Source of the DNA: Pseudomonadota bacterium
GTDB taxonomy: Bacteria; Bdellovibrionota; Bdellovibrionia; Bdellovibrionales; SG-bin7
Assembly (NCBI GenBank): GCA_034439715.1
Contig: JAWXAY010000069.1
Location: forward strand, 1 to 39,188
DNA: 39,188 bases
Direction: 5' to 3'
Shown: positions 17,844 through 26,957 of the stretch, piece by piece
How the letters are laid out: each line of letters starts with the position of its first letter
How positions within the stretch are numbered: position 1 is the stretch's first letter
Position numbers and translations under genes: made by a program
The notes under the pieces: model-generated
What the model saw: the letters and a program-made list of their open reading frames with translations, nothing else
Told to the model about the DNA's origin: nothing
The model's database searches: none

Positions 17844-18389
17844 CTACTTGCTAATCATTAGGTCGGTAAATAAAACACGTTTAATTTTACCCTTAGTCAA
17901 AAACCGATTTACGGTATCTCTGATTTCTTCTCTAAGGGAGTCCTTGCCTTCAGCAGTCGAAATTTCATTTAAACTTTTGCTAGACAAGAGTGTTATCAAG
18001 ACGTCCCTAATTTGAGGTTTTCGCTTTTCAATTTCTTTAATCACAGGCTCGTTATCAACTTCAAATTCCAGCGATACCTTTGCTATACTTTGTCCGCGAC
18101 TACCGGCTAAGTTCACGAGGATCATTTCCATGGGGATCGTTTTTCCAACCAATTCTTCATCTCTGGCAGCGGACTCTGCTTCCTTAGCGTCATCCCCATG
18201 AACTCCGCTCACTACTTTTTCGATAGTTGGCTCATGTTTGTCTTTTTGATTTTTGAGATAGAGCATTACTCCTACGCCCGCGACAGCGGCCATATTAATG
18301 ATGACCAAAAGAATCATGACTATGGGTTTTCCGCCCTTGCCTCCTGCGCTGGGTTCAGGGGCACGAGGTGCTGCTGCCGGTTCTGCCAT
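17844..18389 (-). CDS. fliL: Flagellar basal body-associated protein FliL
   Basis: Single TM, VNLA, PQIRD..I.LLSSK, EGKD.LR..I, VLFTD. ATG 18389 has an AGGAG SD (the TTG at 18461 lies within the promoter). Confidence 0.93.
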   Translation of the reverse strand: MAEPAAAPRAPEPSAGGKGGKPIVMILLVIINMAAVAGVGVMLYLKNQKDKHEPTIEKVVSGVHGDDAKEAESAARDEELVGKTIPMEMILVNLAGSRGQSIAKVSLEFEVDNEPVIKEIEKRKPQIRDVLITLLSSKSLNEISTAEGKDSLREEIRDTVNRFLTKGKIKRVLFTDLMISK

Positions 18390-18444
18390 ACTGGACTCTC
18401 CTAAAGTTAGAGCTCTACACAAAGATGTTCCTACAGAGATCATG

Positions 18445-18461
18445 AGCAACAGTGATGCCAA
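18445..18461 (-). promoter_or_regulatory. sigma54 (-24/-12) promoter of the fliL-fliA operon
   Basis: Minus strand TTGGCATCACTGTTGCT, exact GG-N10-GC. Confidence 0.85.
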
Positions 18462-18596
18462 ATAGACTAACGTGGGATTCTAGGCCGGTAAATTAACTAG
18501 GCTGAATCCAATGGGAATTGGCGATAAACTTTCGGCGCTTGACCACTGAATTTTGACAATTAGGAGATTAAGAAAAATCAGATTTTTGACAGGACT

Positions 18597-18631
18597 TAAA
18601 AGAAAACCTGCAGGACTTTCATCCTGCAGGT
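18597..18631 (-). terminator. Rho-independent terminator after flgE
   Basis: Minus strand ACCTGCAGGA-TGAAAG-TCCTGCAGGT followed by TTTCTTTT. Confidence 0.88.
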
Positions 18632-18651
18632 CAAAGGTCTATTGGATAATA

Positions 18652-19944
18652 TTAACTACGCTTCAAATTTATGACTTCTTGAAGTAAAGCGTCCGTTGTG
18701 GTGATGATCTTAGCATTTGCTTGGAAGGCCTTCTCGTTTTGAATGAGTGCCACAAACTCTAGAGCAAGATCGACAGTCGATCTCTCTAATGATTTGGCAA
18801 ACATTTTACCGCGACCTGACGTTCCAGGTTTACCAATGGCGGGCGATCCTGACGACCGGGCTTCTTTAAAGCGGTTGTTACCCACTTTGTAAAGTCCTTC
18901 AGAGTTTTCAAACTTAGCCAATATAATTTGCGCTAAATCCGCGGCCTCACCGTTAGTATAAATGGCCGTCAAAACACCCTCATCGCTAAATGACATGTTC
19001 GTGATAGTGCCCGCTGAGGCGCCATCTTGATGCCATGATATCATGTCAGATTCTTTACCAAACTGTTTAGATCCTATGATTCCTTTACCTTTGTCTGTCG
19101 TAATTGAGTCACCAAAATTCATCTTGATCTTTTGATTCTGGAGGGCTCCTCCTTTAAAGTTAAAGGCTGAGTTAGTCATCTCTTCTACATCTAATTTACC
19201 ATCAACAGTAAAAGAAACAAATCCACTGGCGACATTTGCGAGTTTTCCTTCTTCGCCACCAGTTACTTCCTTACCATCTACCATACCTTTCCAGTCCCAG
19301 ACCCGCGACTCACCTCTTCGATTAAAAAACATGGTCATTAAGTGTTTGTTGCCTTGGGTATCATAAACTTCGACTCCAGTTGACCAGTCAGAGCTATCAA
19401 ACGGATCTTCAGCTTTAAAAATTTTCGGATTGTTGATTCGAGAGTCCAAGTTCATTTCGATATTGACCTCTGACGTTCCTTTTGCGGGAATCAATGCTCG
19501 GGGAAATCGAATATCACCAGACTTATTAATAATTTTACCACGTTCATCTGTTTGATAACCCTGAATCCTTTGATTGTCGTTTGTAACCAAAAATCCTTCT
19601 TTATCAAAATGGAAGCTACCATCTCTGGTAAATGACTCTCCGTCATTTCCACGTAAAGTAAAGTAACCATCACCCGAGATTGCGAGGTCGGTTGCCTTTT
19701 CACTCGGATCTAAGTTACCTTGTTGAAGTATTGGATTAACGGCGGCTAGTTTTACCCCGCGACCAATCTGGTTTCCGCCAAGAATACCTTTTAAGCTCTT
19801 GGCAATAATGTCAGAAAATTCTGCACGACTTGCCTTAAAGCCCGTAGTATTCGAGTTCGCGATGTTATCGCCAACGACGTTAAGTGCCTCTCCCTGAGCC
19901 GCCAGCCCAGACACACCTGTATATAACGATGATAAAACTCCCAT
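18652..19944 (-). CDS. flgE: Flagellar hook protein FlgE
   Basis: LYTGVSGL, GDNIANSNTTGFK, TDLAISGDGYF, TRDGSF, LERSTVDLA.EF, FQANAK.ITT.D. Confidence 0.96.
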   Translation of the reverse strand: MGVLSSLYTGVSGLAAQGEALNVVGDNIANSNTTGFKASRAEFSDIIAKSLKGILGGNQIGRGVKLAAVNPILQQGNLDPSEKATDLAISGDGYFTLRGNDGESFTRDGSFHFDKEGFLVTNDNQRIQGYQTDERGKIINKSGDIRFPRALIPAKGTSEVNIEMNLDSRINNPKIFKAEDPFDSSDWSTGVEVYDTQGNKHLMTMFFNRRGESRVWDWKGMVDGKEVTGGEEGKLANVASGFVSFTVDGKLDVEEMTNSAFNFKGGALQNQKIKMNFGDSITTDKGKGIIGSKQFGKESDMISWHQDGASAGTITNMSFSDEGVLTAIYTNGEAADLAQIILAKFENSEGLYKVGNNRFKEARSSGSPAIGKPGTSGRGKMFAKSLERSTVDLALEFVALIQNEKAFQANAKIITTTDALLQEVINLKRS

Positions 19945-19966
19945 TAGACCTCCTGTCTTCTGACGT

Positions 19967-20857
19967 CTATTTTACAACAGACGCCGAATTCTTATTTTTA
20001 GAGCTCGCGACATCCTGTCGAGTTGGCTCGTTAATCTTTAATTCCTCTTTTTGATTCTCTGAATCTTCAATCTTTTTTATTTCAGTCATGCGAATTGACT
20101 TGTTACCTACCATTAACACCGGGCCATCACCTGTAAAATTAACTCCTGTAACCTTTCCCTCAAACTTAGTATCAACTTGTATTTTCTTTCCACTCTCTGT
20201 AGCGGCATCAAACTTAACTCGGTACTCACCCGATCTCAGCGGCTGTCCGTTTTCGGCCATACCATCCCACACGACTTCGTTTTCGCCCTTTTTTGGGCCA
20301 TTAATCTCAATTTTTTTAAGATCAATGCCGTTCATATCCGAAATTGTAATGTTTATTTTAGGAACCTCGCCCTTTAGATCAAAACGAATTTCGTGAGACT
20401 TATCGCCATCGGCACGAATGATTCGTGAACCATCACCACTCACCTTTTTGCCGATAAAATTCAGAGCCTGAAAATTATTATTTGGTTCCTGACCCTGTCT
20501 AAGCTGTTCTATGTTTTGATTAATATTTGAGAGCTGCTCAAGCGAGGTAAACTGCGCTAATTGCGCGGCCATCTCATGGGACTTTAACGGATTGGTGGGA
20601 TCCTGCTGTTTCATTTGTTCGAGCATTAGTTTCATGAAAGCATCTTTACCCATGTCATTTTTGGGCGCCCGCACCCCTCTCTTTTGGGGATCTACCCAAT
20701 TGGGATCCGCCACCTTATTTAGTACGTCGCCAACATTTCCGTCTTCTCCTAAAACTTTCTTTTTATCAGCAAGGCTCATATTATTTAAGCCATCAGATTT
20801 GAAGGAGGCGCCGTTAGGTTTTTCAGAAAAATTTCTAGTAGTCGTTTTATTTATCAT
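19967..20857 (-). CDS. flgD: Flagellar hook capping protein FlgD
   Basis: DAFMKLM..QM.QQDPTNP, AQLAQFTSLEQL.NIN, WDG...G. Confidence 0.95.
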   Translation of the reverse strand: MINKTTTRNFSEKPNGASFKSDGLNNMSLADKKKVLGEDGNVGDVLNKVADPNWVDPQKRGVRAPKNDMGKDAFMKLMLEQMKQQDPTNPLKSHEMAAQLAQFTSLEQLSNINQNIEQLRQGQEPNNNFQALNFIGKKVSGDGSRIIRADGDKSHEIRFDLKGEVPKINITISDMNGIDLKKIEINGPKKGENEVVWDGMAENGQPLRSGEYRVKFDAATESGKKIQVDTKFEGKVTGVNFTGDGPVLMVGNKSIRMTEIKKIEDSENQKEELKINEPTRQDVASSKNKNSASVVK

Positions 20858-20858
20858 A

Positions 20859-22706
20859 TCATGCTACCAAGTGTAAGCTCCCTTTATTCGGTCTTTGAGA
20901 GTATACACTCCCCCTGGGCCCTTGAGTGCGATTAGCTCTCGTCTCACTCATTGCCCGCTGCCGAATATCGGAGTCCTTTATATAGTTGTTGTGTTGAGAT
21001 TTCCTATCGTCTCGAAAATTTTCCATAAAACTTTTAGCTTGCTCACGGTTGGCATCACCACCATCACTTTTTGTGTTATTCATTTGATTGTCACTTTTAG
21101 CTGAAACATCAACTTTTACATTCTCTAAACTTAGGTTGTGAATCGCCAACGAACTACGAAGCTCACCCAGTCCGCCCTCAATGATCTTTTTAGCCTCGGG
21201 TGACTCAGCATCAAAGCTCAGCTGAACCTGGCCATTTTGAACTATCATTCTCATGTTCACTTGGCCCAAATTTTCTGGATTCAAGTGAAACTTCATTTCG
21301 CCCCCACCTTGGCGAACAGCTATTTGGGCGTGCCGAATAATTTCTTGAGTGTTAGCGTCTCCGGCTGGGTTTTCAAATACATTTAAATCAGTACCAGCCA
21401 CAGAGATCGCAGATTTACTATTGCCCGAAGTATGCTGCTGGCGCATAGAATCGATAAAAAACTCTGGCTTACTCGAAGCCGCATCAGCTCCCTCAACCGA
21501 CTCTTCAGAAACAAAAGATAAGGAGTCTTTTTTGCCCTGGCCAAATTGCATAGACTTTTGTTCAGAATTTTTAGAAAATATATTTTTAACTAAAGATTTG
21601 TCTTCAATTTCCGAATTGATACTCGAAGACGCTGATTCCCCGCCAACTTTAGACATACCTTTAAGAAGTTTTTCTTCGATGACTGGCTGAGCCGACTCAA
21701 CGCTTAAAATCTGTTCTGCGGCTAAGTTTAAATCTGTTTTAGTGGCAGTTTTTTCTAAGGCCATTGACTGGGGATCTACCTGCGCAGTTCTTTGGGGATT
21801 TTTAGGCACTTTAAATTCTTTGGACTCGAAAACTTGAGTTGGCGTTTCTTTTATTGACTCGAAGCCGTCCATTGCAATTTTTCCATCGGCTCCAATGGTA
21901 GACTTACGAGCGCCTGTGATTTCTCCGGAATCTGATACTTCAGGCTCCAACGGAGTGACGTTACTATCGTGACTGGGCGTCGCCTTTACGGCCGAATGAG
22001 TAACGTTACCTTTTGGTGCAACGAACAGCGGAAAACTTGCTTTGGCCTGCGTAGGTAACGTAAGGTTGGTTGGCGGCATTTGAGCCATACCAAGTGCAGC
22101 CAACATGTCGACGCTGGAATCTTGAGATCGCGCTTGTGCATCTAGCTCTTTAATATTTTCTACTAACTTCACATACATTTTTTTTGCTTTTGGAAAGTCG
22201 GCCGCCATTATGTCTAAGTCAGAAACCACTTTATCAATGGTTTCTGATGAAGGAGCTAAGAGCTGATCAGGCTCTACCTTTAACATCGCGTTGATCCATT
22301 GCTCGGGTTTAATATCAAGCTTGGTTGTCGATTCAGTCAAAAAATTTGTCATTAAGTGGTTTTGTACTTGTTCGGATAAAAGCCCATTAATCTGACCGCT
22401 CATCTGATCTTGTGCCAGTTCCATGTCCACTACTGGAGGTAGCTCAATCTTCTGAGTCATTTGCGGTATGGAGGATGAATTGACCTCGACCACTTTCGGT
22501 TTGACGTCCAAAATTTTTGGAGTGAGAGCCTGATCAATTTTAGGTTCCTGTTTAATTATTTTGGGTAACATTGGCTTATTATCTAATGCGTCTAGGAAAG
22601 AATTTCCTTGGTCTAAAGGACTGGCCTCCAGGCCCTTCGCACGAGGCGGAGCCACTCTAGTCGGTGGTGTTGAATTTACTGAACCAAGGCTTACTCTATT
22701 TAACAA
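20859..22706 (-). CDS. fliK: Flagellar hook-length control protein FliK
   Basis: Long low-complexity N region; C-terminal LNPENLGQVNMRM...L.ELRSSL domain; upstream of flgD. Confidence 0.88.
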   Translation of the reverse strand: MLNRVSLGSVNSTPPTRVAPPRAKGLEASPLDQGNSFLDALDNKPMLPKIIKQEPKIDQALTPKILDVKPKVVEVNSSSIPQMTQKIELPPVVDMELAQDQMSGQINGLLSEQVQNHLMTNFLTESTTKLDIKPEQWINAMLKVEPDQLLAPSSETIDKVVSDLDIMAADFPKAKKMYVKLVENIKELDAQARSQDSSVDMLAALGMAQMPPTNLTLPTQAKASFPLFVAPKGNVTHSAVKATPSHDSNVTPLEPEVSDSGEITGARKSTIGADGKIAMDGFESIKETPTQVFESKEFKVPKNPQRTAQVDPQSMALEKTATKTDLNLAAEQILSVESAQPVIEEKLLKGMSKVGGESASSSINSEIEDKSLVKNIFSKNSEQKSMQFGQGKKDSLSFVSEESVEGADAASSKPEFFIDSMRQQHTSGNSKSAISVAGTDLNVFENPAGDANTQEIIRHAQIAVRQGGGEMKFHLNPENLGQVNMRMIVQNGQVQLSFDAESPEAKKIIEGGLGELRSSLAIHNLSLENVKVDVSAKSDNQMNNTKSDGGDANREQAKSFMENFRDDRKSQHNNYIKDSDIRQRAMSETRANRTQGPRGSVYSQRPNKGSLHLVA

Positions 22707-22716
22707 ATTTCGTCCC

Positions 22717-23379
22717 TTACCTTCTGTACCCAGTGTATTTTTCTGAAAGTCTCTGGGCTTTATCCGGCTTAACCAAGTTCATGATCTCAGCCGCATTCTT
22801 TTTTTTCAATCGACCTAATATTTCTACTGCCAAGCTCTCATCCACTTCCTCGAAAATTTTTGCCGCATTCTGCGGCTTCATATTCGAGTAAAAATCTACA
22901 AGGCGGTCAAGTTTTTCTGAATCCACGCTAATTCTTTCTTTCAACACCGACGCGACTCCTTGTCTCACCTTTTCAAGTTCTTTTAACTTCTCATCCAGCT
23001 CCAACTTCTGTTTCTGCAATTCCTCATCCAACTTTGCGAGTTCTATTTCTCTCTGGTCCAGTTCATTTTTTCTTTTTTGCAAATTACTGAAAACACGGAC
23101 TTCTTCTTCGCTCCAGTTTTTCTTAGCTGCAGATTCCTCCGCTGGTCCCGACTTCGGTGAGGTGGAACTTTTTTCCACTTTAGTACCGTTAGTCTCAGCA
23201 CTATTTTTCCCCGTTGGTACGTCCTGAGCTACGGCGAAGGCCCGGCTGAAATTCGTGATCTTAATGCCTGAGACTAGTCTAACCACTTGGTCTACATTTT
23301 CGATTGAATAATAACATCCAGCAATGACTAGAATTAATGCGACCAAAATAGGTCCGGTTGAAGCCCCTTGTTTTTTCAT
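22717..23379 (-). CDS. MotE/FlbB-like flagellar protein (TM, coiled coil, MgtE-N-like domain)
   Basis: N-terminal TM, heptad coil, LVDFYSNMKPQNAAKIFEE...AVEIL..LK...AAEIM; lies between fliJ and fliK. Confidence 0.85.
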   Translation of the reverse strand: MKKQGASTGPILVALILVIAGCYYSIENVDQVVRLVSGIKITNFSRAFAVAQDVPTGKNSAETNGTKVEKSSTSPKSGPAEESAAKKNWSEEEVRVFSNLQKRKNELDQREIELAKLDEELQKQKLELDEKLKELEKVRQGVASVLKERISVDSEKLDRLVDFYSNMKPQNAAKIFEEVDESLAVEILGRLKKKNAAEIMNLVKPDKAQRLSEKYTGYRR

Positions 23380-23822
23380 TTTACCTTCTCTCTGCCATAA
23401 CGTTGAACGATAATTTCGTCTGTTTCTTTTCTTTCTCTTTTACGCTCTTGATCTTTAAATTCTTGTTTTTTTTGGTCCTTCAGTTTTTCGAGCATCTTGG
23501 CCTCTTTAGCGGCCTCGATAAGGCCCTCCTGTTTGTTTTCAGTAATATATAGGGCCTCACGAAATTCTACTTTTTTTCTTTCGATTCTAATTTTATTACC
23601 TTCTAAATATTCATGAGCTATTTGCTGTAGCTGCACAAACTTGGTGTCTCCAGAGGCCCGATGTGAGACCTCGCGAACCGTATCATTCGAATCAAAAAGG
23701 TGGTTGATTTGACTAAGAATGCCGTCAGAAGTTTCTTTGGCATCATAGTAGTCTCTTCGGGCCATCTCCTCGAGATTCTTTCGATACCTCATTATACTTT
23801 CCAGTCGGAATTTGAACTTCAT
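23376..23822 (-). CDS. fliJ: Flagellar export chaperone FliJ
   Basis: MKFKFRLE.IM.YR, A.KE.KMLEKLK, E.KE.DE; follows fliI. Confidence 0.9.
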   Translation of the reverse strand: MKFKFRLESIMRYRKNLEEMARRDYYDAKETSDGILSQINHLFDSNDTVREVSHRASGDTKFVQLQQIAHEYLEGNKIRIERKKVEFREALYITENKQEGLIEAAKEAKMLEKLKDQKKQEFKDQERKRERKETDEIIVQRYGREKVK

Positions 23823-23823
23823 G

Positions 23824-25158
23824 CTAGCTGACCTGCTGGATGATCTCATCCATCATTATAAAAGTGTTTTTAAGTTTAGTTTTATCTACAATTTCTTGTT
23901 GTAAGAACTCATTGATAATCGGCTGCAACTGAATGGCCTTATCAATTTGGGCGTTGCTTCCAACTTTGTAAGCACCGATTCGAATTAAATCCTCGGCCTC
24001 TTTATATATTGCCATCAGTTCCCGAAGTATTCGAGAAGACTTTAGAACCTCTGGAGTCACAACAAATCTTTGCAACCGACTTGTGCTTTTCAGAATATCA
24101 ATTGCCGGAAAATGCCCTTTTTCTGCCAGCGTTCGATCTAAGACAATGTGACCATCAACAATCGATCGAACAGAGTCGGCAATGGGGTCATCAAGGTCAT
24201 CTCCTTCAACTAAAACTGTATATATTCCGGTGATGCTTTTACCGTTTGTAAAATTTCCGGCTCGCTCCAAAAGCTTCGGCAGCAGAGAAAAAACACTTGG
24301 AGTATAACCCTTTGTTGCCGGAGGTTCGCCTGTGTTCAGTCCAACTTCCCGCTGAGCCATCGCAAAACGTGTCACTGAGTCCATCATTAGTAGAACATTA
24401 CTACCCGACTGACAGAAGTATTCAGAAAGCGCACAACCTACGAACGCCCCCCTCATTCTTAAAAGTGGACTCTGATCATTAGTAGCGACAATGATGACTG
24501 AGCGCTTAAGTCCCTCTTCGCCTAAGTCATTTTCTATAAATTCCCTAACCTCTCGACCACGCTCACCGATTAGAGTGATAATATTAATATCAGCGTTAGT
24601 CGAACGAGCAAGCATACCAAGCAAGACCGACTTTCCAACCCCCGAGCCGGCCATAATCCCCATTCTTTGTCCACTGCCCACGGTGAGAAATCCGTTGATG
24701 GCTCGCACACCCAAATCAAGGGCCTCTGTAATTGGCGGCCTCATCATCGGATTTGTAGAGCTACGATACAGAGGAAACTCATCAGAGTAAGAAATTTCGC
24801 CTTTACCATCTATAGGCCTTCCCAGAGCATCAATGACCCGCCCCAGTAGCCCCTGACCAACACCGATGGTAGCCGTTTGTCTTTCTAAAACAATTTGTGA
24901 GCCAAGACCAACCCCTCGCATTTCACCAAGCGGCATAAATAAAACATTCTTATCCTGGAATCCCACGACCTCAGCAAGAAATTTATGTTCTTTAGTGGAC
25001 GGATAAATTTCGACTACTCCGCCCAGACTAGCACCTGGGAGATAGCCCTTTAGCAAAAATCCCGTCACCTGATTAACTTTTCCAACATCCTTGGAAAGGC
25101 TTACCACTTCGAGTATTTTGCGATATTTATCAAAATCAATGTCGAAATTAATTTCCAT
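23824..25158 (-). CDS. fliI: Flagellar export ATPase FliI
   Basis: AGSGVGKS, LIGERGREVREF, LLMMDSVTRFAMAQRE, GEPPATKGY. Confidence 0.98.
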   Translation of the reverse strand: MEINFDIDFDKYRKILEVVSLSKDVGKVNQVTGFLLKGYLPGASLGGVVEIYPSTKEHKFLAEVVGFQDKNVLFMPLGEMRGVGLGSQIVLERQTATIGVGQGLLGRVIDALGRPIDGKGEISYSDEFPLYRSSTNPMMRPPITEALDLGVRAINGFLTVGSGQRMGIMAGSGVGKSVLLGMLARSTNADINIITLIGERGREVREFIENDLGEEGLKRSVIIVATNDQSPLLRMRGAFVGCALSEYFCQSGSNVLLMMDSVTRFAMAQREVGLNTGEPPATKGYTPSVFSLLPKLLERAGNFTNGKSITGIYTVLVEGDDLDDPIADSVRSIVDGHIVLDRTLAEKGHFPAIDILKSTSRLQRFVVTPEVLKSSRILRELMAIYKEAEDLIRIGAYKVGSNAQIDKAIQLQPIINEFLQQEIVDKTKLKNTFIMMDEIIQQVS

Positions 25159-25933
25159 CTTTTTTCACTATGTCATCCACATTCGGCGAACGTTCTTGAA
25201 GTTCATTCCAAACTCGACTCAGGCGCTCTTCGACCGTCGCATCAATAACTCCATAATTTGTTTCAACTCGACAACCGCCCTTTTTTATTTCCTTTGATGC
25301 CTCGAGTTTGTGGCCCTCAAGGAATTTCAACTCCTCACCCATTCTGGCGCGAACTTCTTCGATAAACTCAAAGTCGGAGTCCGAAATTTTTACTGTGGTG
25401 TGTTCATCCTTTTGAATGTTTTCAAAAACCGACTTAAGTACTTTGATGATGACTTCTTTTTCTGTTTTAATATGGTCCATTGCTAATCGTTGTGAAATGT
25501 AAAAAATCAAGTCTACGATTCGTCCCTCATTACTAGAAATTAATTTTTGCGAAAGGTCACAGAGAGTACTGACTAGCTCACTGATTCTTGTAAACTGACT
25601 CTTGTATTGCTCAATATATTTATCAAAGGCTTCTTTACGCCCTACATCTAGACCCAAGTCATAGGCCTCGCGGTAAGCCTCTTTTTCAACTTTTTGAACT
25701 TCGACGAGCACCAGGTCTTGGACCTTTTTCTCGAGGACCTGTCGTTCTTTTTCAGTTACGCCAATTTGTTGGGAAACAAGTTCGTTGATCTTAAAAGAAG
25801 AGGTCGGTCCTGAGTCAAACCTTACAAACTTCTCAGCCGCCTCGGGCACCCTGACAGGAAACTTCTGAGGCTTAAAATCAACAACTTTAGATGGCGTATT
25901 TTGAGATCTGATGAAATTTTTAGACGAGGGCAT
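25148..25933 (-). CDS. fliH: Flagellar assembly protein FliH
   Basis: AY..G...G repeats (AYREAYDLGLDVGRKEA), GGCRVET.YG.IDAT; between fliG and fliI. Start could be GTG 25945. Confidence 0.9.
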   Translation of the reverse strand: MPSSKNFIRSQNTPSKVVDFKPQKFPVRVPEAAEKFVRFDSGPTSSFKINELVSQQIGVTEKERQVLEKKVQDLVLVEVQKVEKEAYREAYDLGLDVGRKEAFDKYIEQYKSQFTRISELVSTLCDLSQKLISSNEGRIVDLIFYISQRLAMDHIKTEKEVIIKVLKSVFENIQKDEHTTVKISDSDFEFIEEVRARMGEELKFLEGHKLEASKEIKKGGCRVETNYGVIDATVEERLSRVWNELQERSPNVDDIVKKDGN

Positions 25934-26957
25934 CTTCGGCACCACCTCTAGCGATCATGATCTTGCCCTCACCCTCGAGTCGTCGAGCTATGTTAACTAT
26001 TTCTTGCTGTGCACCTTCGACATCTGAAACCCGCACAGGACCCATCATTCCTAAATCGTCCTTCAACATATTTGCGGCACGCTGAGAGATGTTGTTGAAT
26101 ATTTTAAGCTTAATGTCCTCGTTAGCTGTCTTGAGTGCCAACAGCAACTTATCATTCGCCACCTCTTTAAGAAGCGCTTGAATGCCCTTGTCATCGATCT
26201 TAATGATATCTTCGAACACAAACATTAGCTTTCGAATTTCTTCGGCCAGGATCGGGTCTTTTTCCTCAATTCTTGCCATAATTGATTGCTCAGTGTTTTT
26301 ATCCATGACGTTTAACATATCCGCCACTGGCTGAACGCCCCCAAGAGATGCGGACTCAATTGAACCCACATTCTGCAGCTCTTCTTTGAGCACTTTATCT
26401 ACTTCAGAAATTATTTCTGGCGCGACATGTTCTAAGTTAGCCATACGAAGCACGACCTCAGCCTGAAGCGCTTCAGGTAATCGTTTCAGAACTTCTCCCC
26501 GCTTTTCGGCCTCAAGATGCGATAGAATTACTGCCACTGTTTGTGGATGCTCGTTAATTAAAAAGTTTGAAAGTGATTTTGCGTCAACTGTTTCCAGACT
26601 CTCAAGCTGCTTTTGACCGGGAGAAGATGCGCTTAAGTGCCCTAATATGCCGCGCGCACGCTCTTCACCCACGGCCTGAACTATGACATCTTTGGTAGTT
26701 GTCTTATCCGAAAAAATATATTCATCTGTTTCACTGACCATTTCATAAAATTCTTCTAATACCTTCTTTGCCACCTTGACAGGCACTATACGATACCGGC
26801 TCATAGTGTTAATTAGCTTTCGAATGTCACCATCTTCAATAAATTTCAAAAGATTTTTTGCTGCGGACTCGCCCAGATAATTCATTAATATTCCAGCCTT
26901 CTCGAAGCCCCGAAGTTGTTCAAACTTAACGTCTTCAATTCTAACTAACTTAGCCAT
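25920..26957 (-). CDS. fliG: Flagellar rotor protein FliG
   Basis: EKAGIL, NEHPQT, GG...A, MFVFEDI, GPVRVSDVE.AQ. Confidence 0.98.
   Translation of the reverse strand: MAKLVRIEDVKFEQLRGFEKAGILMNYLGESAAKNLLKFIEDGDIRKLINTMSRYRIVPVKVAKKVLEEFYEMVSETDEYIFSDKTTTKDVIVQAVGEERARGILGHLSASSPGQKQLESLETVDAKSLSNFLINEHPQTVAVILSHLEAEKRGEVLKRLPEALQAEVVLRMANLEHVAPEIISEVDKVLKEELQNVGSIESASLGGVQPVADMLNVMDKNTEQSIMARIEEKDPILAEEIRKLMFVFEDIIKIDDKGIQALLKEVANDKLLLALKTANEDIKLKIFNNISQRAANMLKDDLGMMGPVRVSDVEGAQQEIVNIARRLEGEGKIMIARGGAEDALV

Noticed and set aside
18390..18461. N-terminal extension of fliL from TTG 18461
   Set aside because: It begins inside the sigma54 promoter; ATG 18389 has a strong AGGAG SD.
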